From Deltaproteobacteria bacterium (GTDB taxonomy: Bacteria > Myxococcota_A > Polyangia > Polyangiales > Houyiibacteriaceae), in NCBI GenBank assembly GCA_034670305.1, contig JAXMNT010000020.1, positions 1 through 64,000 on the forward strand: a stretch of 64,000 nt of DNA. The letters are read 5' to 3'. Below, piece by piece: positions 1 through 8,017 of the stretch. The translations under genes and the position numbers were made by a program. Position 1 is the stretch's first letter. Every line of letters starts with the position of its first letter. A model generated the notes under the pieces. That model had not been told where the DNA came from, ran no database searches, and worked only from the letters and a program-made list of their open reading frames with translations.

Positions 1-1
1 C

Positions 2-40
2 GCGATGCTCGTCGCGCTGATCAAGCGATCTGACCGCTGA
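2..40 (+). CDS. 3' end of a gene entering from the left edge (…AMLVALIKRSDR*), possibly a four-helix-bundle protein
   Basis: Frame-2 reading ends at TGA 38-40; only 12 codons are visible, so the family guess is weak. Confidence 0.25.
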   Translation, partial: AMLVALIKRSDR

Positions 41-45
41 TCCGC

Positions 46-83
46 GGGCAAGGGCAAAGGCAAGGGCAGGGGCAAGGGGCAGG
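46..83 (+). repeat. GGGCAA/GGGCAG hexamer tract
   Basis: gggcaagggcaaaggcaagggcaggggcaaggggcagg; related tracts on the opposite strand at 11841-11865 and 44866-44899. Confidence 0.85.
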
Positions 84-124
84 CTGCGAGAACGCCCTGC
101 GGGCGTTCTTCAGCAACCTGCTAG
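79..124. repeat. Imperfect palindrome built from IS-end-like sequence (MITE-like), followed by CTAG
   Basis: gcaggctgcgagaacgccc-tgc-gggcgttcttcagcaacctgc-tag; the right arm resembles the reverse complement of the IS end at 44840 (ttttcagcgacctgcta). Confidence 0.6.
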
Positions 125-230
125 TTCGCGCCCGTCGCTGCGTGCACGTGCTCGCCGCCCATGCTCTCCGAGTAGAGTTGAAGAGCACTTGGGGCATCTG
201 GCGGCTGCGCGCGTCCTGGCGCTCCTTCTG

Positions 231-301
231 CTTGGGGGCACGGCCCCCAAACCCCGTCCCGATGACACGGCTGGCTCGCTTCGCTCGGCTGCACCGTGTC
301 G
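231..301 (-). repeat. Dispersed copy of the ~75-bp hairpin element (reverse orientation, diverged)
   Basis: cttgggggcacggcccccaaaccccgtcccgatgacacggctggctcgcttcgctcggctgcaccgtgtcg matches the reverse complement of the units at 45085-45237. Confidence 0.9.
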
Positions 302-467
302 GTTCGGCGCTCTGTGACGCACTTGGGGAGTGCACCAGTTGCTCGCCCTGTGGGCTGCGCAGGTGCACGGGCGGAGTCGCCTGACTCGCTGGTGTCATCT
401 CGTGGCCGGGCTCGCTTCGCGGCGCTGGCGGCTCGAACGGGGGGGCGAAGCGTGGCAGTGAGTCCGC

Positions 468-1559
468 ATGAAGTTGCGATTGCCGTGTGCGCCGGGGCTG
501 GAGCCGCTCCTCGCGGAGGAGATCAAGAGTCTCAAGATGGGCACGCCCGAGCTGCACCCGTTCGCGGTGGAGATGAAGGGTGGGCTGCGCAGCATCATGC
601 GCGCGAACCTGGAGCTCGGCTTGGCGAGCGCGGTCTGGGTGCAGCTCGGCGAGTTCAACTGCTCGCGGCCGAGCGAACTCGAGCGCAAGGTCGCGCGACT
701 TCAGTTCAAGGAGTGGCTGCAGGTCGGCGACGCGGTGACGGTGAAAGTCAAAGTGCGCCGTTCCCGGATGACTGCGAAGGAGATCGAAGCACGCGTGCTG
801 GCAGGGATCCGGCGGCGCCTCTCCGACGGCGGCACCGAGCCCTACACCTCCCGGGCCGCCGTCGAGATCCGGGTGCGGCTCGAGAACGACGAGTGTCAGA
901 TCTACCTCGACACGAGCGGCACGCCGCTGCACCGCCGCGCGTACCGGTTGCAGACCGGCAAGGCCCCGCTGCGCGAGGATCTCGCCTGCGCGCTCCTCTG
1001 GGCGAGTGGGTGGGACCGCGTGTCGCCGCTCGTGGACCCGTTGATGGGCAGCGGCACCATTCCGATCGAAGCCGCGGTGCTCTCCCGTCGACTGGCGCCC
1101 GGGCGACTTCGAAGTTTTGCGTTCCAGCAGTCGCCCTGTTTCGACGCGGGCGTGTGGCAGAAGACGGTCGATGCCGCGGCGGCGCGGGCGTTGCCCGAGG
1201 GCGCAACGATCTTCGGATCCGATCGCAATGCCGGGGCACTCGAGATCGCCACCAAGAACGCAGCGCGCGCGGGGGTGCAGCTCCAGCTCAGCTGTGCGCC
1301 CCTCAGCGAAGCGCCTGGCTTCGACGTCATGCGCGCGCTCGTCACCAACCCGCCCTGGGGTGGGGACGGGGACCGGCTGGAGACCGGCGACGTGCGACCC
1401 CTCTACCAGCGGCTCGCATCGGTCGCCGCCGAGCGCACGTGTGCTGGCGCGGTGATCGCAGATCCCCAGATGGGCGGACTGCTCGGGTGGACCGGCGGCT
1501 TTCAGACCCGCGCGGGCGGCCGCCGCGTCCGCTGCTTCACCCGCGCCCCCAAGTCCTGA
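468..1559 (+). CDS. THUMP-domain class I SAM-dependent RNA methyltransferase (RlmL/UPF0020-like)
   Basis: LDTSGTPLHRRAYR, APLREDLA, DPLMGSGTIPIEA and TNPPWG motifs. Confidence 0.85.
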   Translation: MKLRLPCAPGLEPLLAEEIKSLKMGTPELHPFAVEMKGGLRSIMRANLELGLASAVWVQLGEFNCSRPSELERKVARLQFKEWLQVGDAVTVKVKVRRSRMTAKEIEARVLAGIRRRLSDGGTEPYTSRAAVEIRVRLENDECQIYLDTSGTPLHRRAYRLQTGKAPLREDLACALLWASGWDRVSPLVDPLMGSGTIPIEAAVLSRRLAPGRLRSFAFQQSPCFDAGVWQKTVDAAAARALPEGATIFGSDRNAGALEIATKNAARAGVQLQLSCAPLSEAPGFDVMRALVTNPPWGGDGDRLETGDVRPLYQRLASVAAERTCAGAVIADPQMGGLLGWTGGFQTRAGGRRVRCFTRAPKS

Positions 1560-1584
1560 CCACCGGTCCAAGGTACATTGCGCC

Positions 1585-2487
1585 ATGAGCGCGTTGTTCG
1601 ATGTGGAATGGACCGAGCTTGCGGACCAGAAGCTCACCGTCCAGGTTCGCCGGGTCCACCCCGATGCCGCCGGCTTCGCCGCGCCGGACCACCGCATCGC
1701 GTGGGCGGCACTGTTCGTCGAAGCCGCTGGTCTCGCGCCGCAGGAAGTTCGTCGCGAAGCGCTGCTGGAGATCGCCCAGAACTTCGGACCGATGGCGCTG
1801 CTGGGCATCTGTGGCTACCCGGCACGGAGCCCCGACGAGTCCAGCGAACTGCGGCTCGAACTGACGCTGCGACAACCATTGGAGACGTTGTTTGCGCAAC
1901 TCGGCACGCTGGGTGGGGTGCCTCCGAGAATCCATGAGGGTTCGTGGCGCAGTCCTGGTTTCCAGACCTCGCACTTGGAGCTGCAGGACCCCGCGCCGGC
2001 CTCCTTCGACGCGTTGCTGGACCAGTACGAAGCCGCACCGCCGGACCAGCGCGCCGAGCTGCTCGCCACCGCTTGTGCGTCCGGACTCGGCGGAGAGTTC
2101 TACCCAGAGATCGAAGCGCTGCCCGATCCGGTACCGCTCTTGCTCGACCACCCGACCGACACGGGGCTGCTCGCGTCTCTCGTGGCGCGACGGGAGGACC
2201 CGCGCGTGCGTGCGGCATTCACGGTGCTCGCTGGCGGCCCCTTCACCTGCTCGCCAGCGATCCTCGCGCTCGGCCTACTCGAATCGCTCGCCCCACATGA
2301 ACGAGAGGTCGTCGAGCGCGTGGCCTACACACTCACACAACCCTCCTCGTTTGCAGCGCGGGCACGCTCCATGAACCGGGACGTCGACGCGCACGTCCGG
2401 TGGGCACGCGCGCAGCACGGCGGCCCACCCTGCCCGCCCGACGACGAGCCTGCGCTCGCCAAAGCGCGAGCCCGCTACAAACTCTGA
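1585..2487 (+). CDS. hypothetical protein (300 aa)
   Basis: Protein-like ORF filling the gap between neighbours; TACATT 5 nt before the ATG. Confidence 0.7.
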   Translation: MSALFDVEWTELADQKLTVQVRRVHPDAAGFAAPDHRIAWAALFVEAAGLAPQEVRREALLEIAQNFGPMALLGICGYPARSPDESSELRLELTLRQPLETLFAQLGTLGGVPPRIHEGSWRSPGFQTSHLELQDPAPASFDALLDQYEAAPPDQRAELLATACASGLGGEFYPEIEALPDPVPLLLDHPTDTGLLASLVARREDPRVRAAFTVLAGGPFTCSPAILALGLLESLAPHEREVVERVAYTLTQPSSFAARARSMNRDVDAHVRWARAQHGGPPCPPDDEPALAKARARYKL

Positions 2488-2503
2488 ACCGCCGTTCGAG
2501 GGA

Positions 2504-3631
2504 TCAGCGGATCTTGCCGCTGGCTCGGGCTTGTTGGCGGAGCTGCGCGACGCGGGCGCGGAGCGGCACGATGAACTCCATCGAGTAGGTGTGTTTTCGG
2601 GAGCGCTGGGCGCGGCCGGCGTGCCATTTCGAGAGCGCCAGCCGCGCGCACGCTCGTACGAACTCGGAGCCTACTTTGCCGTAGCGCATGCGAGCCTTGA
2701 ACACCCCGAACGCACTCGCGACGAGATCCACTTCGTCCTGGGTCATGTGTTGGAGGGCGACCTCGTCGACGAGGTGGGCGCGGATGATCCGCCCCCGGCG
2801 GCGCACCAGCACGATGATCAAGATCAGGAACGCAACGACCAGTCCGAACCAGAGCGGCAGCATGCAGAGGAACACCCCGGCCCCACCCTCGCCGCCCCGC
2901 TGCGCGATCGTGGCCGAGCCGTTCCAGATCGCGTGCAACATCACCGCGCCGAGGTAACCGAGGATCGGCCCCGAACGTCGAATCCATGGCTTCTCGGATT
3001 CCCGGGCGAGTCCGAAGCCGATGCCGGTCAGCGACGTGTACACCGGGTGGCCCCACGGAAAGAGGATGCCGCGCACCAGGAACGTGGTTCCGAGCTCTCC
3101 GTCGGCCGCCGCCTCGGTGTAGTAGATGATGTTCTCCACCATCGCGAAGCCCAGCGCCGTGAACGTGCCGTAGATGATGCCATCGACGATGCCGTCGAAC
3201 TCGTGGCGCAGGAAATAGAACACGCCGAAGACGCCGAGCCCCTTGAAGAACTCTTCGAAGATGGGCGCCGACACGACCGCCATGAGCGCGTCGCCGTTGC
3301 CTTCGGAGACCATCTCCGCGACCTCACCAAAGAGGCCATTGATGATCGCGGAGAAGCCACACGCCGCGATCGCCCCCCAGGAGAGACAGCCGAGCAGGGC
3401 ATACCAAGGCTCGGGATCGTAGCGGTCCAAGAGCCGGGGAACGGTGAGGTACACGGCGCCCGCCGGGAACGCCAATCCGGCCGCCAGACACATGGTCGCG
3501 CACATGTCGGGGGTGCTCCCCGCGATGAACTGGAACAGCAAGAGCGCGCCGCCCACCAACTGACCCACCACGAACAACGCGAAGCCGACGTTGCGTCGGG
3601 TGCGAAGCGCGTCGGGCAACGCGCGCGTCAC
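2504..3631 (-). CDS. PrsW-family intramembrane metalloprotease
   Basis: Multiple TM segments with APIFEEFFKG, GFAMVEN and HAIWN motifs; GTG start chosen at 3631, just after the upstream gene. Confidence 0.85.
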   Translation of the reverse strand: MTRALPDALRTRRNVGFALFVVGQLVGGALLLFQFIAGSTPDMCATMCLAAGLAFPAGAVYLTVPRLLDRYDPEPWYALLGCLSWGAIAACGFSAIINGLFGEVAEMVSEGNGDALMAVVSAPIFEEFFKGLGVFGVFYFLRHEFDGIVDGIIYGTFTALGFAMVENIIYYTEAAADGELGTTFLVRGILFPWGHPVYTSLTGIGFGLARESEKPWIRRSGPILGYLGAVMLHAIWNGSATIAQRGGEGGAGVFLCMLPLWFGLVVAFLILIIVLVRRRGRIIRAHLVDEVALQHMTQDEVDLVASAFGVFKARMRYGKVGSEFVRACARLALSKWHAGRAQRSRKHTYSMEFIVPLRARVAQLRQQARASGKIR

Positions 3632-3644
3632 GCCCCCACCCCGT

Positions 3645-4148
3645 TCACAGACCTCGTTCGCGCTCGGATCCGTCCAGCACTTCGGCCAGCTCGGCATCCT
3701 CGCCGGCCGCCACCCGCGCTTTGACCTGACGCTTCTCGCGTTTGGGGGCGTCGCTCCCGTCGTCGGTGTTGTCGAGTTCGATGACCATTCCGAACGCACC
3801 ACCGATCCCGGCCGCGGTGAGCAGAGGCACCGTCGTCCAGGGTGTGCCGGCCTCGACACCAGGAAGTGCGAACGGGATCTCGAACGCGCCCCACTTGCTG
3901 GCAAGCCAGTACAAGAGCGCGCCCACCCCGATGCCAGCCACGCCCTTGAGGACGCTCTCGATCCACGCCTGGGAACGCCACGGGGGTTTGCCGGTCAGTA
4001 CGCCTGTGGTGGCGCCGACACCCATCGCCAGGAGGTACGCCAGAAGGCCGGTCGCGGCGGTCCAACCAAGGCCGAAATGAAACGCCGCACCGATGGCGCC
4101 GCCGAGCACCAACCCTTTGACGAGGCCGAGGGCCAGGCGCTTCAACAT
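3645..4148 (-). CDS. hypothetical membrane protein (about 4 TM, acidic tail)
   Basis: Gly-rich hydrophobic helices from MLKRLALG; 13 nt from the PrsW-like gene. Confidence 0.7.
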   Translation of the reverse strand: MLKRLALGLVKGLVLGGAIGAAFHFGLGWTAATGLLAYLLAMGVGATTGVLTGKPPWRSQAWIESVLKGVAGIGVGALLYWLASKWGAFEIPFALPGVEAGTPWTTVPLLTAAGIGGAFGMVIELDNTDDGSDAPKREKRQVKARVAAGEDAELAEVLDGSERERGL

Positions 4149-4377
4149 GGGCACTCCGCGATCTGGAGACGCCAAGCCCCCGCCCGCGTGCGTGGCCTCG
4201 GTGGTCGCCCCCTCCGGCTGTCGCGGAGTCTTGGAATCATCGTCATGCGCATCCACAGTCATTGTGGATCGAATGGGCCCGTCGGTAGTGCGAAATCTTG
4301 TCGATGTCCCAGATCATGTCGTCTGGACGAGCAAGGTGGTGTCCCCCGGCCTTCGGACCAGTGTATGATGGCGGCTC

Positions 4378-5154
4378 GTGGCGGAGAGTCAGAACTTCCT
4401 GGATTGGCTGAAGGGCGTGGACCAGCCCCGGCCAGGCTTTCGTCGAACCCGGCGTCCCTCCCAGATCCCTACGGTCCTCTCGGCCGGAAGCATTCGGGTC
4501 GCGTACCAGCCGATCGTCGACCTCGCGACGCGGAAGATCTTTTCGTACGAGGCCCTGGTGCGCAGCACCTCGCCCCACTTTCAGGGACCGCCCGCGCTGT
4601 TCGCCGAAGCGATCCGCACCCAATGCTGTGGCGCACTCGGTCGGATCATTCGCGAGATCGCGACCTCCAGCTGCCCGGACTTCCCGCTCTTCTTGAACGT
4701 GCATCCGAATGAGTTCGACGAGAGCTGGTTGGTGCAGCCGGACGACCCGATCTTCAGCCACTACCACCCGATCTACCTCGAGATCACCGAGTCGGTGCCG
4801 CTCAGTCACTTCGCGCTGTGTCACTCGGTCCTCACGGAGATCCGCGGCAAAGGGATCTTCCTCGCCGTCGACGATCTCGGCGCCGGCTACTCGAACCTCA
4901 AGTACATCGTCGACCTCAAGCCCGAGTTCGTGAAACTGGACCGCGGACTGATCGCGGACATCCATCGCCAACCGCGTCTCCACACGCTCGTGCGGCACAT
5001 GGTTCGACTCTGCTCCGAGCTCGGCGCCAAGGTCGTGGCCGAGGGCATCGAGACCAACGAAGAGCTGCACATCATCGAGGACACCGGCGCCCACTACGCG
5101 CAAGGCTACCTCTTCGCGAAACCCAGCTTCCCGCCCCCCTCGCTCCTCCCCTGA
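4378..5154 (+). CDS. stand-alone EAL-domain c-di-GMP phosphodiesterase
   Basis: YQPIV, YEALVR, LEITES, DDLGAGYSNL, VKLDR, AEGIET, QGYLF. Confidence 0.92.
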   Translation: MAESQNFLDWLKGVDQPRPGFRRTRRPSQIPTVLSAGSIRVAYQPIVDLATRKIFSYEALVRSTSPHFQGPPALFAEAIRTQCCGALGRIIREIATSSCPDFPLFLNVHPNEFDESWLVQPDDPIFSHYHPIYLEITESVPLSHFALCHSVLTEIRGKGIFLAVDDLGAGYSNLKYIVDLKPEFVKLDRGLIADIHRQPRLHTLVRHMVRLCSELGAKVVAEGIETNEELHIIEDTGAHYAQGYLFAKPSFPPPSLLP

Positions 5155-5155
5155 G

Positions 5156-6016
5156 ATGCGACATTCGCTCTTCGGCGCAGCGATTCGCCAAGAAGTCCAC
5201 CTGGTCGAGGAGGTGCTCGAGAGCACCTTCTCGCGGGAGGTCGTCTCCGAGGTCCTCATGGACGCGCTCGACCGAACGACCGCGCCGGCGAGTCGGACGG
5301 ACCTCGTCGACTTCGTGCGCGGGCCACTGCGCACCGTCGTCGCCGACCGGCTCGGGACCGACGTCGCGGAAGAAATACAGGGGCGCATCGAGGCCCGGCT
5401 GGGTGTGGCGCCGAGGGCGAATGCCGCCCCCCCTTTGGCCGCCTCGCCGAGGGTGACGGTGCCGCCCCCGCTGGCCGCCTCGCTGAAGGCCCCGCCAAAG
5501 AAGACCCCGCCCCCACCTCGAATGGATTCGGGCCCCCTCGAGATCGGCGAGCTCGAGATCTCGGTGGAGTTCGACGCAGAGCCAGAGCGCCCGCGGACGG
5601 AGCGGGCGCACCGGACGACGCTTCAGGTCCCGAGCGCGGGCGAGTCCGCGGTGCCGATCCTTCTCATCGAGTCGCGGACCACGGTCAGCGAACGACTGAA
5701 GCTGGAGCTCGGCAACCTGGTGCGGGTGAGCTCGGTGTCGACCGAAGACGCGCTTCGCCGGGCCGTGTTCGCGGTGGCTCCGTTGCTGGTCGTGGTGGAC
5801 GCCGAGCAGGCGCTCGATCTGGGGCGGGGCGCGTTGGCCACCTGTCTTCGTCGGTTGCCCAACAGCGCGATGCCGGTCATCTGGGGGTGCGAGACGCCCT
5901 TCGGGCAAGGCCTCGTCTCGGCGCTCGCGGAGGCGGGCGTGGAAGCGATCACGCTCAAGGCCTCCGAAGGCTTCAGCTCACTCCGCGACCTCGCCCAGTC
6001 CCGCCGAGGCGACTAG
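5156..6016 (+). CDS. hypothetical protein with Pro-rich linker and degenerate receiver-like C-terminus
   Basis: Starts 1 nt after the EAL stop; C-terminal alpha/beta pattern (ILLIES…LLVVVD). Confidence 0.65.
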   Translation: MRHSLFGAAIRQEVHLVEEVLESTFSREVVSEVLMDALDRTTAPASRTDLVDFVRGPLRTVVADRLGTDVAEEIQGRIEARLGVAPRANAAPPLAASPRVTVPPPLAASLKAPPKKTPPPPRMDSGPLEIGELEISVEFDAEPERPRTERAHRTTLQVPSAGESAVPILLIESRTTVSERLKLELGNLVRVSSVSTEDALRRAVFAVAPLLVVVDAEQALDLGRGALATCLRRLPNSAMPVIWGCETPFGQGLVSALAEAGVEAITLKASEGFSSLRDLAQSRRGD

Positions 6017-7824
6017 AGTTCGGCGCCGGTGGCGACGAGGGCGCCCCCTTGAATCAAGAAGAGCGCTTCGGAGACCAGGCCGGCTTCGGAGGCACCGGTG
6101 ATGTGCTCGATGCCCACCACCTTCATGCCGCGGTCGACCGAGACCAAGACGTCCACCGAGCGCGCCACGATGGCTGCAATCGCCTGTTCGGAGCCGCGCC
6201 CCGACAAGGCCGCCAACAAACAGACCGTGGCACCGGCGTTCGGGCCAGGCGCGGCGTTGAACCCAAGCACTGCACCGCCGCCGTGTCCGGCCGCGGCCGC
6301 AAGGACGTCGTAGGTGCTCGCGTCGGAGACTCCGTCGACGACCAGATGATCGGCCCGCAAGCGGGCCGCTTGGAGCGCCACTTCGCCCAGGGTCACGCCG
6401 GTCGCGCCCCCTCCGGTGAGGTACGCCACGTTCGGCAGGTCGAGGGCGCCAGCGCCCACCGCAACGACGCGTTCGCTGGGATCGATCGCCGCGGCCACCG
6501 CCTCGACGAGCTGGGACACGCCGGACTCGGCCAGGCCGACGATGGCGACGTTCTTCCCCATCGCCACGGCGTTCTTCAGCGTGTGCCCCGCTTCGGCCGG
6601 GAGCACCCCTTGCGCGATGAGCCCATCAAGGGTGGCGCCACTGGATCGGCGGATCTCGACGAGCGGTCCACCGGCCGCGACCGGCGGAAGGATGACCGTG
6701 ACGTGGTGCCCGGACGGAAGCTGACTCTGCAGCACCGGCCCGTCGTTCGCGCCCACACCGCGCCCGATCAACCGTCGGGCGATGACCGCGAGCATGGCGC
6801 CGGAAGAGAAGGCAGCGTCGCTTGGGACGAGTCCCTGCCCGCGGTCCACCATCACCGAGGTGTGGCCCTGGGCGACGATGTCGCGCACCTCAGGATCGGC
6901 GAGCAATCCTTCGAAGGCTCCGAGACCCACCGCTTCGGCCATGGCGGCGGTGCGCAAGGCGGGGTCGCTGTTGCCCATGTGTTCGAGCACGGCGTCGATC
7001 GCCTTGCCCGCTCGGGCGCGGCGGCTCGAATCGTCGGCCACGACCGGGCTGGGATCGTCGCACGGGAAGGACCCCTTCAAGGTCGCCATCAAGCCGGAGA
7101 GACCGGTCGGTGGCTCGCCGATCATGGGGGGCGGTGCGGCGCTTCCCCGCTGGGGGCGCGGCGCGGCCTGGGGTTGCGCGACGGGCGCGGGGGCCTGCGG
7201 CGCGGGCGCGGGCGCAGGCTGTGGCGCTGGCTGTGGCGCTGGCTGCGGCGCAGGCTGGGGCGCAGGCTGGGGCGCTGGCTGCGGCGCAGGCTGCGGCGCC
7301 GGCTGCGGCGCAGGCTGGGGCGCGGGCATCGGTGGCATCGGCTGAGGGGCCGCAACCGGTGAGGGCTGCGGGGCCGGCTGAGGCGCGGGTTGGGGCGCGG
7401 GTTGGGGCGCGGGCGGCGGGCTCGAACGGAGCGGCGGCGGTCCGCGTCGGCCACCGGTCGGCCCGGTGCTGGGCGGTCCCGCCTGCGGTGCGGCGGCGGC
7501 GGGCGCATTGAAGTCGGCGCCCGCGCTCTGACCGGCCATCTCCTCGACGGTGAGGATGAAGTCGCCGATGTAGACCTTGTCCCCCGGCTTCACGACCAGC
7601 GGCGAGGTGATCTTCCGCCCGTTGACGTAGGTCCCGTTCGTACTCTTCAGGTCGACGACGATGAATCGAGCGTCCTTCAGGACGATGCGCGAGTGCCGCT
7701 TCGAGACGTTCCCCTTGGGAAGGATGATGTCGTTCCCTTGAACGCGGCCGATGGTGACTTCGTTCTTGTCGAACTCCATCCGCCGCTGGGCGCCGCCCTT
7801 CTCCGTGATGACGACTGCGAACAT
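6013..7824 (-). CDS. FHA-domain protein with PAPQ linker and degenerate TadA/CpaF-like ATPase domain
   Basis: FHA motifs IGR, VSKRH, STNGTYVNG; C-terminus resembles CpaF (GLGAFEGLLADPEVRDI, VILPPVA, VEIRR) but the Walker A position reads GLAESGVS. Confidence 0.8.
   Translation of the reverse strand: MFAVVITEKGGAQRRMEFDKNEVTIGRVQGNDIILPKGNVSKRHSRIVLKDARFIVVDLKSTNGTYVNGRKITSPLVVKPGDKVYIGDFILTVEEMAGQSAGADFNAPAAAAPQAGPPSTGPTGGRRGPPPLRSSPPPAPQPAPQPAPQPAPQPSPVAAPQPMPPMPAPQPAPQPAPQPAPQPAPQPAPQPAPQPAPQPAPQPAPAPAPQAPAPVAQPQAAPRPQRGSAAPPPMIGEPPTGLSGLMATLKGSFPCDDPSPVVADDSSRRARAGKAIDAVLEHMGNSDPALRTAAMAEAVGLGAFEGLLADPEVRDIVAQGHTSVMVDRGQGLVPSDAAFSSGAMLAVIARRLIGRGVGANDGPVLQSQLPSGHHVTVILPPVAAGGPLVEIRRSSGATLDGLIAQGVLPAEAGHTLKNAVAMGKNVAIVGLAESGVSQLVEAVAAAIDPSERVVAVGAGALDLPNVAYLTGGGATGVTLGEVALQAARLRADHLVVDGVSDASTYDVLAAAAGHGGGAVLGFNAAPGPNAGATVCLLAALSGRGSEQAIAAIVARSVDVLVSVDRGMKVVGIEHITGASEAGLVSEALFLIQGGALVATGAEL
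7190..7420 (-). repeat. 12-bp coding repeat encoding (PAPQ)n linker
   Basis: ggcgcaggctgc-type units; the protein reads PAPQPAPQ…. Confidence 0.9.
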
Positions 7825-8017
7825 GCTCGGACTCTCGCTCCCTGTGAAATGCGTCGGCTCTTGGCCCGACCGTGGTCCCGTGCGCCGCGCTGGGCACTTC
7901 TCGAGACGTGCCGTGCAATCGGCGGGGGCCATTGAACCGTCCGGGGCCCCTCCACGTCAAGCAATCGCGGACTCATCGTCCCAAAATGATTCGCATTCTC
8001 GGAGATGCGCCCGAGCC

